A DNA stretch of 64,000 nt from positions 2,916-66,915 of the IMG/VR virus record IMGVR_UViG_3300022173_000112. One strand, written 5' to 3'. Below the pieces are notes generated by a model. It was not told the origin of the DNA. It saw nothing but the letters and a program-made list of their open reading frames with translations, and searched no databases. Position 1 is the stretch's first letter. Each line of letters opens with the position of its first letter. The DNA comes from a virus. Taxonomy: Duplodnaviria > Heunggongvirae > Uroviricota > Caudoviricetes. Positions 61,905 to 64,000 of this stretch are shown here, piece by piece. The position numbers and the translations under genes are program-made.

Positions 61905-62592
61905 CAGTGTCCGTAATCATGTCTTGGACTTCAAACATCTCTCGCATGTTGCGAACAACTTTGGCCTTCTGGTCAGAGGTTATGACGCTCTTCTTTGGTG
62001 TGATTGCGACATCAAGACTCTCGCCACGGAGCTTCGCCTGTTTGATCTTGACCACAGTGTCGATCCGGCCTTGACGAGATGGAATCTCATGCAAGGCTTT
62101 GATCTGGTCCTGTGTTAGGAACCCTGCTGCGATTTCCAATTGAATGTCAGGGTCGAGATCGAGGATCAAGTAGCGAGTTGAAATCCAGCCGGTGGACTGA
62201 CCCACACGCTTGGCAACTTCTCGCAACTGCAATCCTTTATCTCGGAACCACTTGACGGCCAGAGCTTCCTGGTACATGTTCAAGTCTTTGCGTTCCAGAT
62301 TCTCGATGAGATTCAAGGAACGAGCTTGATCTTCGGACAGGTCTTTGACCGTCCCAGGAATGTGGGTCCACTTCAACAGCTTGCACGAGTAGAGACGACG
62401 ATGACCCACAACCGTCATCCAATCGTAGCCGTCCTTATTGTAAGGACGGACTACGATAGGTTGCATGAGACCATTCTCGCGGATGGACTCAACAATCGTT
62501 TGCACATCAATCGGTGCAAGCTTTTGTTTTCGGCAATTCCAGTTTTCCTCGTCGGAAAAGATTTTCTTGATTTCAAGCTGTTGTACTTCCAC
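61774..62592 (-). CDS. ParB/Spo0J-like protein
   Basis: VVGHRRLYSCKLL (ParB GxxRxxA box) and IENLER (ParB ENxQR box). Confidence 0.65.
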   Translation of the reverse strand: MEVQQLEIKKIFSDEENWNCRKQKLAPIDVQTIVESIRENGLMQPIVVRPYNKDGYDWMTVVGHRRLYSCKLLKWTHIPGTVKDLSEDQARSLNLIENLERKDLNMYQEALAVKWFRDKGLQLREVAKRVGQSTGWISTRYLILDLDPDIQLEIAAGFLTQDQIKALHEIPSRQGRIDTVVKIKQAKLRGESLDVAITPKKSVITSDQKAKVVRNMREMFEVQDMITDTVGPNIATRTLAWTSGVISTEEYFKSLKEAYPSFNGEQRNVDNG

Positions 62593-62593
62593 G

Positions 62594-64000
62594 TTAGCCT
62601 TCCCACTTAATCTGGTTGTTCAACTCACCCATTGTCAGAGCTTGAAGTTTCTTTTTCTTCTTCAAGTTATTCAAGACGAGTTCGTCACTAGGCAAGTGAA
62701 TCAGGTCGATGATGGTTGCACCCCGATTGACATCCATACCCATACGATGGATACGGTCTTCGCTTTGAACTCGCGATTCAGCGTTGAAGTCATTCGAGTA
62801 GTATACGATTGTCGGGCTGGCCGTTAAGGTCAAACCCATACCAGCCGCACTGGGCTGGCCAATGAATACTAATCGACGCAGTTCTTTGTTGCCTTGGAAC
62901 TGGAGCAATAGCTGTTTGGCATCAAGCCCTTCCAAGCTACTTGCCCAACCACGGCCATCAACGCGAATCCAGTCCCACTGATTCTTCTTCGCTATCTCAA
63001 CGCAGCGATCAACAGAACCAGTGAACCCCGCATAGACAACGAGACGCCCAACGTCGTCGTGTTCGTCAAACAGGTCCGAAAGGACTTGTTCCTTCGCAGA
63101 TTCGACTTGCGTTGCAACGCGAGTATACGAAGTAACTTCGCCCGATCCGTCGCAATGCGGACACGCTTTCTCGCCAATTTGAAACGTGCCTTCCGGGATT
63201 TCAAGCCCTTCATATTGTCTCCGCATCATTTCGTCATATTGGTCGTCCGGACCAATGTAGATGAAATCGATCGCAGTACGCTCGCCCTTGCAGAGCGGAC
63301 ACGTTTCCGTGCCGATCGCCTGTTCGTCATACTGAAAGCCATCGGAGAGTTCTCTCAACAGAGTGAGAGTTTTGATTCCACTGTTGCCTTGAGCCACAAG
63401 CAGCTTGGCAGCGTTGACGATGTTCTGGCTCGGCTTGATGCGGATTTCGCGATACTGCTTCTCGGGCAGATCGAGACAATCTTTCTTGAGCTTGACCAAA
63501 ACCAAGCCGTTCATTCTCTTGTAGAGATATGCGACTTCGTTCTTGCTCGGCACGTACACATGAGCATCTTCCATGATTTCATCGTGTTGATTTTCATACT
63601 TGCCGCAGGTCTTGCACTTCTTCTCATCGTCGAGCCAAGATTCTAGTGCCGAGTACACACCCGCGACACCTTCCGCTTGTTTCATAATCGCAAGACGCGA
63701 TCTGAACTTCTCGGGGTTGCCCTCTTTCAAGAAGCCAGGGCAAGCGATGTTACACAATGACCACCAATCCACCGGACTCTTTGGAGCCGGCGAACCAGAC
63801 ATCAGAATGACATAGCCCTTCTCGCCCCAGTGTTCGCGGATGTAATCAGCCATCCACTTGGCAGCTTGTGTACGAGCCGCGGTATGCGTTTTGCATCGCG
63901 ATGCTTCGTCGAACACAATGCCTTGCGGCGGTTCCGCACCTTGCGGCCAGTTCTTGCAGAGTTCTCGGAACGCTTCGTAGGTGTGGAATCGAGGACGAAC
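62594..64000 (-). CDS. SNF2/DEAD-like helicase (partial; N-terminus lies beyond the window)
   Basis: Motif II FDEAS, helicase-C motifs, motif VI QSEDRIHRMG. The frame stays open upstream of the listed GTG start to the window edge. Confidence 0.6.
   Translation of the reverse strand, partial: VRPRFHTYEAFRELCKNWPQGAEPPQGIVFDEASRCKTHTAARTQAAKWMADYIREHWGEKGYVILMSGSPAPKSPVDWWSLCNIACPGFLKEGNPEKFRSRLAIMKQAEGVAGVYSALESWLDDEKKCKTCGKYENQHDEIMEDAHVYVPSKNEVAYLYKRMNGLVLVKLKKDCLDLPEKQYREIRIKPSQNIVNAAKLLVAQGNSGIKTLTLLRELSDGFQYDEQAIGTETCPLCKGERTAIDFIYIGPDDQYDEMMRRQYEGLEIPEGTFQIGEKACPHCDGSGEVTSYTRVATQVESAKEQVLSDLFDEHDDVGRLVVYAGFTGSVDRCVEIAKKNQWDWIRVDGRGWASSLEGLDAKQLLLQFQGNKELRRLVFIGQPSAAGMGLTLTASPTIVYYSNDFNAESRVQSEDRIHRMGMDVNRGATIIDLIHLPSDELVLNNLKKKKKLQALTMGELNNQIKWEG

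Overview
This 64 kb window reads as a section of a large, tRNA-rich dsDNA bacteriophage genome, and it shows four unexplained structural signals beyond its genes. Bases 1-5.8 kb are a plus-strand block of 14 short genes. Nearly every one of these genes is preceded by the same hairpin-plus-conserved-leader element, 11 copies in all. Bases 5.8-6.6 kb are a palindrome-rich non-coding zone where the plus-strand block meets the minus-strand genes. From 6.6 kb to the end almost everything is on the minus strand. This part carries nucleotide-metabolism and DNA-replication genes: DNA N6/N4-methyltransferase, Nudix, dUTPase, ThyX-like, dCMP deaminase, HAD 5'-nucleotidase, class II-like ribonucleotide reductase, ATP-dependent DNA ligase, Dda/RecD-like helicase, family A DNA polymerase, SNF2-like helicase, DHH phosphoesterase, several ParB-like proteins, and PD-(D/E)xK nucleases. 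It also has a phage sigma factor, a CsrA homolog, an acyl carrier protein, two glycosyltransferase-like genes, an SPFH protein, an Rnl2-like RNA ligase and a Ro60/Rsr (TROVE+vWA) homolog. There are at least 9 tRNA or tRNA-like genes.

The main unexplained signals are:
(i) a 4 kb region (38.0-42.1 kb) next to the Ro60/Rsr gene. It holds about 12 copies of a structured repeat with conserved ends and a covarying internal helix, interleaved with tRNAs and tRNA fragments. These are candidate Y-RNA-like or tRNA-like ncRNAs.
(ii) the 11 hairpin+leader elements in the early region.
(iii) a strictly co-oriented, over-represented 12-mer, CTGACCC(A/C)TGAC, seen at least 14 times.
(iv) a frameshift at a G5 run in a DUF5672-like gene.

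All functional calls rest on motif recognition by eye. No searches were run.
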